A DNA stretch of 64,000 nucleotides from Octopus vulgaris (taxonomy: Eukaryota), in the NCBI GenBank assembly GCA_951406725.2, contig OX597815.1, positions 151,900,001 to 151,964,000 on the forward strand, in the 5' to 3' direction. Shown here piece by piece: positions 1 to 12,479 of the stretch (its first letter is position 1; every line of letters begins with the position of its first letter). The notes under the pieces are model-generated. The model was not told the DNA's origin. It was given only the letters and a program-made list of their open reading frames with translations, and ran no database searches. The translations under genes and the position numbers were made by a program.

Positions 1-39
1 TCTGAATTACTTAAAAAACATGTGATTTCAGGCTCTCAA

Positions 40-923
40 TCATCTTCTGCTGCAGACCAGTAAAAGATCTTTCCAGGCCTTCTTTATTGTCATTTTGAGT
101 TCACCAACAGATGAATACTGTTTGCCTTCACTGTACACAACGTTCATGAGATAACCCCAGGCATTCTCTAGGGGATTAAAGTCAGGACTTCTTGCTGACC
201 ATGTCATGACTTCAACCCCGATTGCATGAAGGATGTCTAGAGATGCCTTTGTTTTATGAATAGGAGCGTTGTCCTCTTGAAATATGAAGTTTTCTCCACA
301 CAGCTTTCTTCCTTCTTTGTCGATGTCAGCTCCGTCCAACATATCGATGTATCACACAGCATTGAAATGGCCATCCTTGATGACAAGTGGCAGCTTCCCA
401 GTGGCAGCTATTGCTCCCCATACCATAAGATCTCCTCCAATACATTTACCTGCCCAGTAATATTTATAACCGTCATCGCTGTCCAAATTCCATTTTTTCT
501 CACCAGAGAACAGAACCCTGGTCCATTTACCATCCCACTGATGCGGCCTAGCAAACTTCAGTGTAACAGCTTTGTGGGAAGGGGACAATAACGGATGTCC
601 TAACCACTTATATGGGTGGAAACCACGGTTCAAAATCAGTCTTCATATGGTGGATATCAAGGCTGATGTTTTGATTTTGAAAACAGAAGAGCAGCATGAC
701 TTCTTCACAACTCTGACAATAACCCTTTCATCCTTTTCCGATATAGCCTTGGGAGGTCCACCAGCATGAACCTTGTAGTAGCTATCAGGATCTTCAGAAA
801 ATTGTCCACTAGTGTTCTGCTTTGCTGAATCTTCTCGGCAATCTTCCGGTTACTCATTCCTTTCACTTTCAGAGCAAGGATCTTCTCTTGTTTAATTTCA
901 GAAAGCTTTGTAGCTTTAGGCAT
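40..923 (-). mobile_element. Degenerate Tc1/Tc3-like transposase (frameshifted relic)
   Basis: Three frameshifted pieces: N-terminal HTH MPKATKLSEIKQEKILALKVKGMSNRKIAEKI, a middle piece W..VLFSGEKKWNLD..DG, and a catalytic piece FQEDNAPIH...WSARSPDFNPLENAWG. These are typical Tc1 DDE motifs. Confidence 0.85.
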
Positions 924-1239
924 ACTGGAAATGTCATCTGGATCATGGGGAATATGATTGAGTTGAATATTTTCCAAAGGAATCTGGAATGGTAGCTTTA
1001 TAGTTTTGAAGAGTTGATATGCTAGGGATAAAACATCATGGTCATATAAGTGGTGTTCTTTGTTTCCAGTTTTGCATGAGGACATGTCTAGCCACAAGGA
1101 AAGACTACCTTGTTTGAAACAAGAGAGGCTTATCAACTGGAAATCAGGCTCAAGGAATCCTGCCTAGCCTTTGCAAGCATAGAAAAATGAATCTTAAAAC
1201 AATGTTGACATTATATGCTTTTATATGTGCATGTGTGTG

Positions 1240-1275
<36 letters not shown>

Positions 1276-1965
1276 CCTGTGTGTGCCTGTACCTGTGTTA
1301 GTGTGAGAGAGGGAGAGAAAGAAAGAAAGAAAGAGAGTGTGGGGGAAAGTGAGTGTGTTTGTGTATGTGTGCATGTGTGTCTCAAAGAAATTTTTCTTAA
1401 GGGACTTGATGTGTTATAACGTAGGGTCCTAATGACAAAATATTATAACTTGACCTATTCTGCATTTGCATTTAATTCATAAATGTTATAAATATAATTA
1501 TTTTACTCTACAGCTGTATCAAGTGTATGTATTGATTGAATTTAAACCCAGCCAACTCCTGAATAAATCAGTGAATGTTTTGTTTGTTGATATATTTATA
1601 TTGGAACAAAGATCCTGAATAAACTAAGGATGTCTTGAGTATTTGTTGCTGTGGGGTCCAAAACAGACCAAAATTCAGATATCAATTGATTTGTTGATGT
1701 CACTTCTGAGTGAGATGTGTTTCTAACACACCAAGTCCCTTACAAGAGGGACAAGTGCTGTTCTGAGTTTGTATATGCATTATTAATGGTACACGTACAC
1801 ACACAGACACACACACACACACACATATACACCTTTCATCATTTTATCATTTGTCTTTTGCTTGTTTCAGTCATTAGTCCACAGCCAGGCACAGCACCTT
1901 AAGAATTCTTTGGTCAAAAAGTGCTGAGTTCTTAGTGTTGGCTACCTTGAAGAATTTTTGGTCAA

Positions 1966-2719
1966 CGACTAAGTGGCTGAGTTCCTTAGTGTTGGGCCTC
2001 ATGGCGAGCTAAGTGGCTGAGTTCCCTTTGAGTGTTGGGCCTCATGGAAACAAAGTCGCTGAGTTCCCTTTGAGCATTGGGCCTCATGGAGACAAAGTGG
2101 CTGAGTTCCCTTTGAGTGTTGGGCCTCATGGAGACAAAGTGGCTGAGTTCCCTTTGAGTGTTGGGCCTCATGGAGACAAAGTGGCTGAGTTCCCTTTGAG
2201 TGTTGGGCCTCATGGAGACAAAGTGGCTGAGTTCCCTTTGAGTGTTGGGCCTCATGGAGACAAAGTGGCTGAGTTCCCTTTGAGTGTTGGGCCTCATGGA
2301 GACAAAGTGGCTGAGTTTCTTTCAGGCATAGGGCCTCATGGAGACAAAGTGGCTGAGTTCCTTTCAGGCATTGGGCCTCATGGAGACAAAGTGGCTGAGT
2401 TCCCTTTGAGTGTTGGTCCTCATGGATACAAAGTGGTTGAGTTCCCTTTGAGTGTTGGGCCTCATGGAGACAAAGTGGCTGAGTTTCTTTCAGGCATAGG
2501 GCTTCATGGAGACAAAGTGGCTGAGTTTCTTTCAGGCATTGGGCCTCATGGAGACAAAGTGGCTGAGTTCCCTTTGAGTGTTGGACCTCATGGAGACAAA
2601 GTGGCCGAGTTCCTTTCAAGCATTGGGCCTCATGGAGACAAAGTGGCTGAGTTCCCTTTGAGTGTTGGACCTCATGGAGACAAAGTGGCCGAGTTCCTTT
2701 CAAGCATTGGGCCTCATGG
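1966..2719 (+). repeat. 42-bp minisatellite, about 18 copies
   Basis: Unit GGAGACAAAGTGGCTGAGTTCCCTTTGAGTGTTGGGCCTCAT repeated head to tail, with variant units. Confidence 0.95.
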
Positions 2720-3080
2720 AGGCAATGACCAAGACCTTTGGCGTTATGTCATGCTTGAGGAGAAGACCCATCAAGCCAAGCAAAATTGCAGTTGTGGCAG
2801 ATGCCAGTGTCACACAATAGGCACCCATGCTGGTGGCATGTAGAAACACCAATTACACTCTCAGAGTGGTTGGTTTTAGGAAGGGCATCCAGTATCAGAC
2901 TGGAGCCTGGCGAATTCTTCAAGTTTACCAGTCCTGGTCAAACCATGCAACCAAAGCCAGCATGGACAATGAACATTATATGATGATGAGGATGATGATG
3001 ATGATGGTGATGATGGTGATAATGTTGATGTTGATGATGGTGATGATGTTGATGTTGATGATGGTGATGATGATGCTGAT
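2700..3080 (+). mobile_element. RTE-tail-derived SINE-like repeat ending in (GAT)n
   Basis: Contains the conserved tail CACTCTCAGAGTGGTTGG..TAGGAAGGGCATCCAG...CCAGCATGGA followed by (ATG)n, the same tail as the RTE copies at 8700-8870 and 21530-21700. Confidence 0.75.
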
Positions 3081-3194
3081 GTGTAAATCGCAGGGCTTCA
3101 TGATATTTGTTCTGTTCTTTGGCCAAACCACTAAGTTACAGGGGCGTAAATACTTCAATGCCGCTTGTCAAGAAGTGGCAGGGGACAAAAACTG

Positions 3195-3570
3195 ACACAA
3201 AGACACACACACAAACAAAACACATGCAACACACACACGTGAAGACACACACATACGCATGCATGCATACTCACACACATGCAACACACACACAGCCAAT
3301 GCACACACACACACACACATATATACATGCATGCACATACACACACACACAACCTGTGCACACACACACAACCTGCACATACACAGTACACACACATGCA
3401 TGCACACAACCTGTGCACACACAACACAGATGCATGCACACACACATGCACACATACACATGCATGCCCATACATACACATACAACACACACACGCATGC
3501 ATGTGCACACACACACACACTCACATGCACATGCATGCACACATGCACACACACACAAACATCCATACAT
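3195..3570. repeat. Degenerate (CA)n/(CATG) microsatellite tract
   Basis: Seen directly; it explains the His/Thr and Cys/Val pseudo-ORFs. Confidence 0.9.
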
Positions 3571-3792
3571 GATAGGATTTTTTTTCAGTTTCCATCCACC
3601 AAATCCACTGACAAGGCTTTGGTTGGCCTGAGTCTGTAGCTGAAGACACTTGCCCAAGGTAGCACACAGCAGAGCTGAACCCAGAACCATGTAGTTGTGT
3701 TATATTAGTATTGTTTCCTCAATTATCAAAAAGTATGAATTCAAGCATTCTTTAATCAGTTTGAAGAAGAATTTCCCATGTTTGTTCCATAC

Positions 3793-3936
3793 CCTGTATA
3801 GTTTATCATTCTCAATGAAGAAAAAAGAAATTCGGGAAATGGATGATTGTTCTTCACTTTTCAGATGTTGAAATAAACTCCTTGGCAATGAAATGGAGAT
3901 CTTCATTGTATCTTCTGGCTGTGAGGAGTTGTATAT
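3793..3936 (-). CDS. Adhesion GPCR exon (GAIN domain), phase 0-0
   Basis: cctttgtcag| ... AGG|gtatgg; 144 nt encoding IYNSSQPEDTMKISISLPRSLFQHLKSEEQSSISRISFFFIENDKLYR. This resembles the ADGRG-type GAIN motif ISLP.SL...R..F.F....LF, and its phase matches the upstream exon. Confidence 0.8.
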
Positions 3937-3996
3937 CTGACAAAGGAAAGTGAAAGGAAAATCGAAATTAATAAATAACTACTACTGCTGCTGCTG

Positions 3997-4046
<50 letters not shown>

Positions 4047-4384
4047 GGAGAAGGAAAAGATGCACAGAGCTAGAAATGGAGGCGAGAGGTATGTTAGGGG
4101 TAGATATAGTGGGTGACAGAAAGAGGTAGGGGGATGTCGGTGAGAGATACGAGAGGATTTTTAGAGGAAAATAATAAGTGGTAAAAGATGATGTTAAGAG
4201 TGCTAGATGGGTGACAAAGGAATTCTGCTCCCGTATAATTACAGCATCTGAGGAAATAGTGCTATAGCTATGAGATTATGGGGGATGGATGTAACGATGA
4301 TGAGCTGTGAGGGGGCATAGACATTAATGACTTGCTTTTAGGACCTCATTTTAGCTGATATTGACAGGTCTTCTTGACCCCAAT

Positions 4385-4795
4385 GCATTTATTTCTTTAT
4401 TGCCCACAGGGGCTAAACATAGAGGAGACAAACAAGGAATCAGGTCAATTATATCGACCCCAGTGCGTACCTGATACTTATTTAATCGACCCCGAAAGGA
4501 TAAAGGCTAAGTCGACCTCGGCGGAATTTGAACTTAGAAAGTAGCAGCAGACGAAATGCCTGTTTCTTTATTACCCACAAGGGGTTACACATAGAGGGGA
4601 CAAACAAGGACAGACATAGGTATTAAGTCGATTACATCGACCCCAGTGCGTAACTGGTACTTAATTTATCGACCCTGAAAGGATGAAAGGCAAAGTCAAC
4701 CTCGGCGGAATTTGAACTCACAACGTAACGGCAGACGAAATACCGCTAAGCATTTTGCCCGGGGTGCTAACGTTTCTGCCAACTCCCTGCCTTGA
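4385..4795 (-). mobile_element. tRNA-derived SINE with duplicated 3' body
   Basis: The minus strand reads GGCAGGGAGTTGGCAGAAACGTTAGCAC...GAGTTCAAATTCCGCCGAGGTTGAC (A/B-box-like) with a repeated core. The same family occurs at 45750-46170 and 59891-60105. Confidence 0.75.
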
Positions 4796-5332
4796 GCATA
4801 ACACATTGCTAATCATCCAAATCCTTTGTCATTGTTCTTTGTGCCATTTATCCTTTCCCTTCATTCTTACCTTCTCTTTTCTTTCTTCTCTCAGCTAAAT
4901 ATGGTATTTTTGTAATCTCCGCTGAGTAACTTCCTCTCTATAATAATTAGTAATATCTCCTTAAAAACACTTGTATATTATCTTTGGTAATGCTATTCTA
5001 TTATGCTGGTCACAACCATAAATATTTTAGTTATTTAAATGTTTATTTAAAATAAATAGTGCAGCCTATATTTTAACCCTAAATCCCTTAAACTAAGCTA
5101 ATTAAGTAAGCCAATGAAACTGAATAAATGGTACCTTTGAAAATGCTGTCTACAGAATGCTTAAGAAAATGAAGTAAAACTGATTCGATGCCACTGAAAG
5201 TAGTTAATATACAATTATTCTACAGGATTTCACCATGATCATTGAAACTTTGAAACAAGAATTGCTACTTATCTTTCTCTATTCTTTGCCTTTGAATTTT
5301 TAAATTCTAATCAATAATATTTGGTCCAATAA

Positions 5333-7451
5333 CACTGGTCAACAAAATGAAACTTCTTTTAATCATCAGAGTTGCTGATTGACTTTTCTGAGTTAAATTT
5401 TGATGCTGATTACGAATCTGAAGTCTGATTTCCTCTATCAGGTCACATTTTCATGTTAATGATACCTGCTGTTTTAACTTATAGGATACGTAAAGCATGT
5501 CTATATAAAGTATATTGAATACAAGATATGATAATTTCATGGCTTTTTATCGTACAAAATTAAAATTATTGTGTACAAATAAGTTAGAATACACTTAAAT
5601 TCATAACAACTTAAAATCTTTGGGATTTGGACTTTCTATGGTGTTTTGTCTCAGGTTCATCCCTGTGAAACATTCTTGCATTCTGAAATCCTTGATATCG
5701 TTGTTCATTGATGCAATATCTTGATAAAAGCATTCCCCTTGCTCACCAGACACTGCTCCAAGGTTCTCTGCAAAAAAGTCCAGATGTGAATCAAGGAAAT
5801 GGACTTTTAGTGACATCCAACAGCCCATTGCAGTGTAGGAGTCTAGAAGACATTTCACTCCATTTCTAAACTCTAGAGATCTCTTGTTGCCTAGGAAATT
5901 TTCACAGAGCCATTTGAAGGATTCCCAGGCTTTTAGCTCAATCTCATCCAGTGCTGTAAGGAAGTGGTTGTCCTTCAGAAATTCTTTTATCTGAGGAGAC
6001 CTAGGAATACGCCCTCCTTCAGTTTTGCCTCAGTGATTTTTGGAAATTTGGCCTTCACATATTCAAAACCTTTTGAGCTTTTCCTGGCAAGTGTCTTCAC
6101 GAATTGTTTCATGAGGCCAAGCTTTATGTGATGAAGGAAAAAAAGAACATTTTCTGAGTTTAAAAGTGGCTTACTCTGGACGTTAGAAACTCCTGGCTCA
6201 TATGATTTTCGCAAAGGCCACTCTGATTGCACATAGTGCTTGTTAGTTGCACGCCTGTCCCATAGGCATGAAAAGCAACAATATTTGGTGAACCCAGATG
6301 GCATTCCCATCAACATTCTAATCACCTTCAAGTCTCCACATATTTTCCAGCTGTAGTTTGTATACTTTATGGCATTGAGGAGTACTTTCATGTTTTCATA
6401 ACACTCCTTCATGTGCACTGAATGTCCTATGGGAATGGATGGTTTCTTATTGCTGTTGTGTAGTAGTACTGCCTTGAGGCTTCTCTTAGATGAATCAATG
6501 AATAAGCGCCATTCAGCTGGAACATGCTCTTGGAACAAACAGCGAAATAACTCATCAGTGTTATTACTGAAACAAAGTAGTCCATCAACAGAGAAGCATG
6601 AAGTCAGGTCCCTATTTCTCTTCCTGAAATGAGTAATACAAACATCTTTCTTAAGCAGACACTTTTCTTGTAGGTGAGTTCAGCTTTATCCTTCAACAAT
6701 GACAAGTCTCTAACTAAATCATTTAACTCTCCTTGAGAAAATTTCTGTGGTATGTCTTCATTTTCAATTGTGAAATCTGCATCCACTTCGGTCTCTTCCA
6801 CAGCAGTAGTATTTTCTTCAGGAAACACATCTTCATCAGACATCTGAAGGCCATTTTCTGGTGGTATTGGAATAAGAAGATCATCATCGTTGTGTGGTAC
6901 TGGTCTTCTTGTTGATTCCAAGTTGGGATACACAATCTTATGCTTGGTCTTTACAGTAAACCCACATACATTAACGTTGCAGAAATAACAGTCCAAGAAA
7001 TGATCCTTTGGCTCTCTCCATGTCATAGGTATTGCAAATGCCATTGCTCTCTTCCTCTTATTTAGCCAATCCCTTCGTCCATTTGAACAAACTGAACAGA
7101 TGATGTGCGGGGCCCAACTCTTATCTTGTTCCCCAAGAGAGCAGCCAAAATATAACTGGTGGATCTTCTTGATTTCACTTGTGATGGCATGTTGCTGAGC
7201 TTTGGTGGTAAATGAACCACAGATATGACAAAATATATCAGGACTGTTCTTGCAATGCCTTAACATAGAATTTACCTATATAAGAGGTTTATGTGTAGTG
7301 ATATTGCTGATGGAAGTTATACACCTCTCTTATCTCATCAGAAAAACTGTGCCAGATAGAAGGAAACCGATTATATTTTTGAAATCTGCAGACAAAACTA
7401 CATATAAAACACCATGTAATATCCCTGATGAAAATTGGCTGTTGACCAGTG
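5333..7451 (-). mobile_element. Chapaev3-type (CMC) DNA transposon, both termini present, transposase frameshifted
   Basis: TIRs CACTGGTCAACA...TGTTGACCAGTG are flanked by a TAA/TAA TSD. ORF pieces 6604-7266 (Cys/His Chapa-like zinc finger CKNSPDIFCHICG..WAPHIICSVC..WREPKDHFLDCYFC), 5987-6538 (WRLFIDSS, ICGDLK, HIKLGLMKQFVK) and 5601-5858 (HFLDSH..SGEQGE). Confidence 0.85.
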
Positions 7452-7864
7452 TAATTCTTATACATCTGGTCACTCCTTTTCTGTGATGTCTGTATTCTCT
7501 GACAGCCTAATCAACCTACCTACCTTTCCAGTTAGCATGTTATATTCCAGCTTCTTTCCAGTTTTGGACTGTTGGTTTTCTTTATTTGATTAGCCCATGC
7601 TATTGGGCTACACTGTTTAGTGGCTCATCGATATTTGCCTTATGCAACATGGTAGAACCTGAAGGTTTAGTAGGGTCTCTTTTGTGTTTTGCAGTATCTT
7701 ATACAAGTTGCACTACATACATACCTACAAGTACGATGTTACCATACAATAAAGTCTCCTTATGAAATAGTTGTAATGAAAGAGTATAATCCATTCATAT
7801 ATATATAGTTCATGCTCGACAGAGTGTAAGTTCATACTCGACAGAGTGTAAGTTGTAATGTCAG

Positions 7865-8875
7865 TACTCATACTCGACAGAGTGTAAGTACCTTGAGAGA
7901 AAAGCTGGACCTAAGAAACATCAGATGTGGTGTGCAAGAGAGACGTTTGCGCTGGTATGGGCATGTGGCGAGAATGGATGAAGATAGTTGTGTGAAAAAG
8001 TGCCACACCCTAGCAGTTGAGGGAACCTGTGGAAGAGGCAGATCCAGGAAAACCTGGGACGAGGTGGTGAAGCTCGACCTTCGAACTTTAGGTCTCACTG
8101 AGGAAATGACAAGAGACCGAGACCTCTGGAAGTATGCTGTGCGCGAGAAGACCCGGCAGGACAAGTGAGACCATAACCCGTGGCCTTCTACATGGGATGT
8201 AGCCAGCCCACTTATGCATACCTTCCCTTCTTGGGACACAAAATTCTACTTGTGAAGACCTGTTGAGGCAAGTGAGAATCAGAATCGAAATCGATCAATG
8301 GAAATTGCAGCTGGGTTACCAGTGCCGGTGGCACGTAAGAGAACCATTCGAATGTGGCCGTTGCCAGCGCCGCCCCGACTGGCCTCGTGCCGGTGGCACA
8401 TAAAAAGCACCATCCATTCGTGGCCGTTGCCAGCACCTCCCAGACTGGCCTCGTGTCAGTGGCACGTAAAAAGCACCATCCATTCGTGGCTGTTTGCCAG
8501 ACTCGTCTGGCACCACCATCCATTCGTGGCCGTTGCCAGCGCCGCCCCGACTGAACTCGTGCCGGTGGCACGTAAAAAGCACCATCCATTTGTGGCCATT
8601 GCCAGCCTCGCATGGCCCCCGTGTCGGTGGCACGTAAAAGGCACCATCCATCCGTGGCCGTTTGCCAGCTCCGTCTGGCACCTGTGTGGGTGGCACGTAA
8701 AAAGCACCCACTACACTCACGGAGTGGTTGGCGTTAGGAAGGGCATCCAGTCGTAGAAACACTGCCAGATCAGACTGGGCCTGATGCAGCCTTCTGGCTT
8801 CACAGACCCCAGTTGAACCGTCCAACCCATGCTAGCATGGAAAGCGGACGCTAAATGATGATGATGATGACGATG
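7865..8875 (+). mobile_element. 5'-truncated RTE-clade LINE 3' end with repetitive 3' UTR
   Basis: ORF 7893-8168 (RRLRWYGHVARM...GRGRSRKTWDEVV) is an RTE C-terminus. It is followed by ~60-bp tandem modules and a (GAT)n tail. Confidence 0.85.
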
Positions 8876-8886
8876 ATATATACATA

Positions 8887-8954
<68 letters not shown>

Positions 8955-9054
8955 CATATATATATATATAATTTTGCATTTAAATTGTAAGCTGTGTGAA
9001 ATAATGTATCATAACAGCTCTATATGACAATAAAGATATATTTTGTTCTAATGT

Positions 9055-10327
9055 CTGAGGCTGGCTAAAAGGTTTATAGGCTGACTATAAAGGATTGAGG
9101 CTAGATCTGTGAAACCTTGCATGCATTAATTTCAACCCTTCTTAATAATGGCATTGTTTTTTTTTTGTTTTTTAGGTAAACTGACATCTGACTGTTCAAA
9201 GAAGACTTTGAAAGTAACTAGTTGTGACTTCTCTTGAAAATGGACAAAATTTGGCACCATGGTGACATCATGTACCTGTAGAAAAAGTCTTTAGCGCCCA
9301 AGGACATTCATATCGACATAATTGCTACATATAGGGGATGACACCATGCAAAAGTGGGCAGCTGAATTCAGGATGAACAGGGAGAGTCTTGAAGATGACC
9401 TAAATTCTGAACATTTGTAACTACCACCACCGAGGAAAACATTGATCATGCTTACCACATGCAGACGGATGACAGGCGATTGACTATAAATCAAATAGCC
9501 AATGCTATTAGCATATCCTGTGAAAAAGTTGAGAACATTCTGCTCAACAAACTTTGCAGGATGAAAGTATCTGCTTGGTGAGGGCTACGTCTTCTAACAC
9601 CTGATCAAAAGCACACCAGGTTGATTACATCACAGGAAAATCTGGCACTGTTCAAGGCAGATAGAGCTAGTTTCGTTGAACATTTCCTAAGCCAGGATGA
9701 GTGTTGAGTTCACCACTTTGAGTCAGAGACAAAGAAACAGTCTACACAGGGGAAACACCCTTCCTCATCTGCTCCAAACAAGGCCAAGGTCGTTTCATCT
9801 GCAGGGAAGATAATAGCCTCAGTTTTTTTGGATGCAAAAGACATTGTGGTTATTGACTATCTTCAAAAGGACCATCAATGGAGAGTGTTATGCCAACTTT
9901 CTGAGGGAGTTACAAAAGGCTATGAAAACCAAATGTCCAGGAAAACTGATGAAAGGGGTATTGTTTCATCAGTACAATGCTCCAGTATGCAAGTCCTTGG
10001 TTTTAATGGCTGTTGTTTAATGACGGTGGCTTTGAACTGGTTGATCACCCTCCCTATTTTCCTGATTTGGCCCCATCAGACTATCATGTTTCCCAACATA
10101 AAAAAATCAGTTGACTGAGAAGGAGTATTGCAGTGATGATAATGTCATATCTGTTGTTGCTACTAGTTACTTTTGAAGTTTTCTTTCAACAGTCAGATGT
10201 CAGTTTACCTGGAAAGAAACAATGTAGTTATTAATAAGAAAGCCTGAAATTAATGCAAGCAAGATTTCACAGCTCTATCATGAATTCCTTCATAGTGAAT
10301 GTATGAACTTTTCAGTTCACCCTCATA
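9055..10327 (+). mobile_element. Degenerate mariner element with long inverted termini
   Basis: Decayed mariner motifs (VFLDAKDIVVIDYLQK, KGVLFHQYNAP, HPPYFPDLAPSDY). About 9100-9225 is the inverted copy of about 10160-10275. Confidence 0.7.
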
Positions 10328-10392
10328 TTTTATCAACTTGAATGATTAGAATAAACAGTTAGTTAGAAAGTAATCAGAAAAAAGTATTGTAC

Positions 10393-10564
10393 CAATGTCT
10401 TGGCTTTAGTTTCAGGATTTCCAGGTAAAACACCAAAAGAAGAACCATTGAAAGTGTCGTTTTCCACTTTGATAACACCAATACCAAGATTAGAATATAA
10501 AACTGTGACTTGCTGTTCTTCCAGTGAAATCTGGTCTGGGATTGTTTCTATAATGTCCAGCATT
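10393..10564 (-). CDS. Adhesion GPCR exon (GAIN), phase 2-0
   Basis: ttttcttatag|A ATG CTG ... TTG|gtacaa; 172 nt encoding MLDIIETIPDQISLEEQQVTVLYSNLGIGVIKVENDTFNGSSFGVLPGNPETKAKTL. The donor is weak but phase-consistent. Confidence 0.75.
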
Positions 10565-10882
10565 CTATAAGAAAATCAAGAAAATAACTTTCAGTAAACA
10601 GTATATTTTTCTAATTCAATACAGGTGTAATTACACTAATTTCAATTAACAAATGTTGATATGTTGCTGTTGTTTCCTCTACTTTTGCTTTTGCTATCAG
10701 TATTAATGCAACTAATTTCATTGTTTATGCTGCTGTTATTATGACTGCTGCTGCTGCTTCTTCTTCTTCTTCTTCTTCTTCTTCTTCTTCTTCTTCATCT
10801 TCCTCCTCCTCCTCCTAATGCTGTTCACTGTTGCTGCTGGTGCCACTACAACAACAACAACAACAAGGGATTTGAGTATTAC

Positions 10883-11114
10883 CTGGTGACACTTCTACCA
10901 GCTTGTTCTGCCCCATTCAAAATCCTCTCTGGTGTGTCTTCCATATTGTTAATACTAAGCAGTATATTGTTCAGAGTTATATTTGTGGACACCCTCGATA
11001 TCAATGGCACCATTTTCTCATGAATGTCCACAGCCAAATTAAAATCTTCTTCTTTGAAATACAATGATTTCTCTGAAATATTCCTGAGCTGTCTTGAGAA
11101 CTTTTCGATATTTC
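10883..11114 (-). CDS. Adhesion GPCR exon (helical GAIN subdomain A), phase 1-2
   Basis: ttttccattgcag| ... AG|gtaata; 232 nt encoding NIEKFSRQLRNISEKSLYFKEEDFNLAVDIHEKMV...ILLSINNMEDTPERILNGAEQAGRSVT. Confidence 0.8.
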
Positions 11115-12479
11115 CTGCAATGGAAAATTCAACAGGAAATTTAATGAAATTTGCAGTTACTTTGAGATGAAATATCAGATGTAAATTAAATGCCACAAAA
11201 CAATTAAGGAATCACTGGAAGTTAATTAACAACTTCACTTCATATAACATAGAGATATGTTCAGTTCCTCAGTTGTGAACTCATTGTTATGGGCGGGACA
11301 GTACCACAAGAGCTAGCCAGGCTGAAGCCTGCACCAAAACAGTAACGGAAATCTGGTGCAGGCTTCAGCCTGGCCAGCTCTTGTTGGTACCGTCTCACCC
11401 ATGCTAGCATGGAAGATGGACGTTAAACGATAATGATGATGGTGATAGCATTGGGTGAGTTGAATGAACACTGAAATATAACACTCATCATGGAACTCCT
11501 TGTAGCTGAGTAAGGTATACATTTAGTGGTGGCTGTTTGTATTTAATGTCATTTATGAGTGATGGATAAGGATACACCAACCATCACAAACAGTCATTAA
11601 TTTTAATGAAAGTATTGATGCATTGACAAGGTGAACCTAGATGAAAATAGGTCTAAGAATGAATATTGATCAGTTTTCATGAGGACCATATCACTCAGTT
11701 TGAGAAACCAAAAGGGCAATAGGATGTACTACTTTCAGTTTTTGCAAGCCCCAGATTCTCACAAAGAGACAGAACATCACCAGACAAAGTGGCCACAAGC
11801 TAACAAAATAGGACTCCATTTTTATGATGACACTGACACCATTTTGGAAGTAATGGTTAAGGCTAATGTGTATCATTGATTCAGATGACCACCACCATCA
11901 TTGCTCTAGCAGCTGAGATGTTTAGTCTGGTGGAGAAGAAATAAGTGAATCTGACCTAAATCTTGAGTAACACAGCCAGTAAAATCCATCAATTTGTACA
12001 GAAGCTTAAGAGTTTAAGGTAGATGAAGGTAGAGGTGTGAGAACTTTTTATGGACCTGTTGAGCATTCTCCACAAGAAACTCATAACAATGAGAAGAGCT
12101 ACATGGCACTAGAAATGACGGAAGGAGGGAACCAGGATGCAAGTTGCCTTTCTAGAAAATCTATGTTGATTTATGAAATAACTACTGGAGCAAAGGCACA
12201 GTAGTGAACTACCTGTTTGAAATGAGAAGTCGGCAGTCATTTCAGAACCACCTTCAGTAATAGATATAAGGAACAAGACCAGGGTAACTATCCCACCTGA
12301 TCTTCCTCTCTCTGAAGCTGAGCATTTTCTCTTTATTATGGATCTCAATTTCATGTGTGTCACATTGTCCAGTAACAAGTTTCACACTCATGCTGGTGTC
12401 CAACACTTTGTATACTTTCATAATTCTCCACCTGCATCTAACGGACAAGACTGCTTCACTGACCTGGGTCGCTGACCAT

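Noticed and set aside
1986-2843. Long repetitive ORFs and a CRISPR-like look of the 42-bp array
   Set aside because: There are no unique spacers and the context is eukaryotic. The ORFs are by-products of a unit length divisible by 3.
2827-3690. His-, Met- and Cys/Val-rich ORFs
   Set aside because: They are translations of (GAT)n and (CA)n microsatellites.
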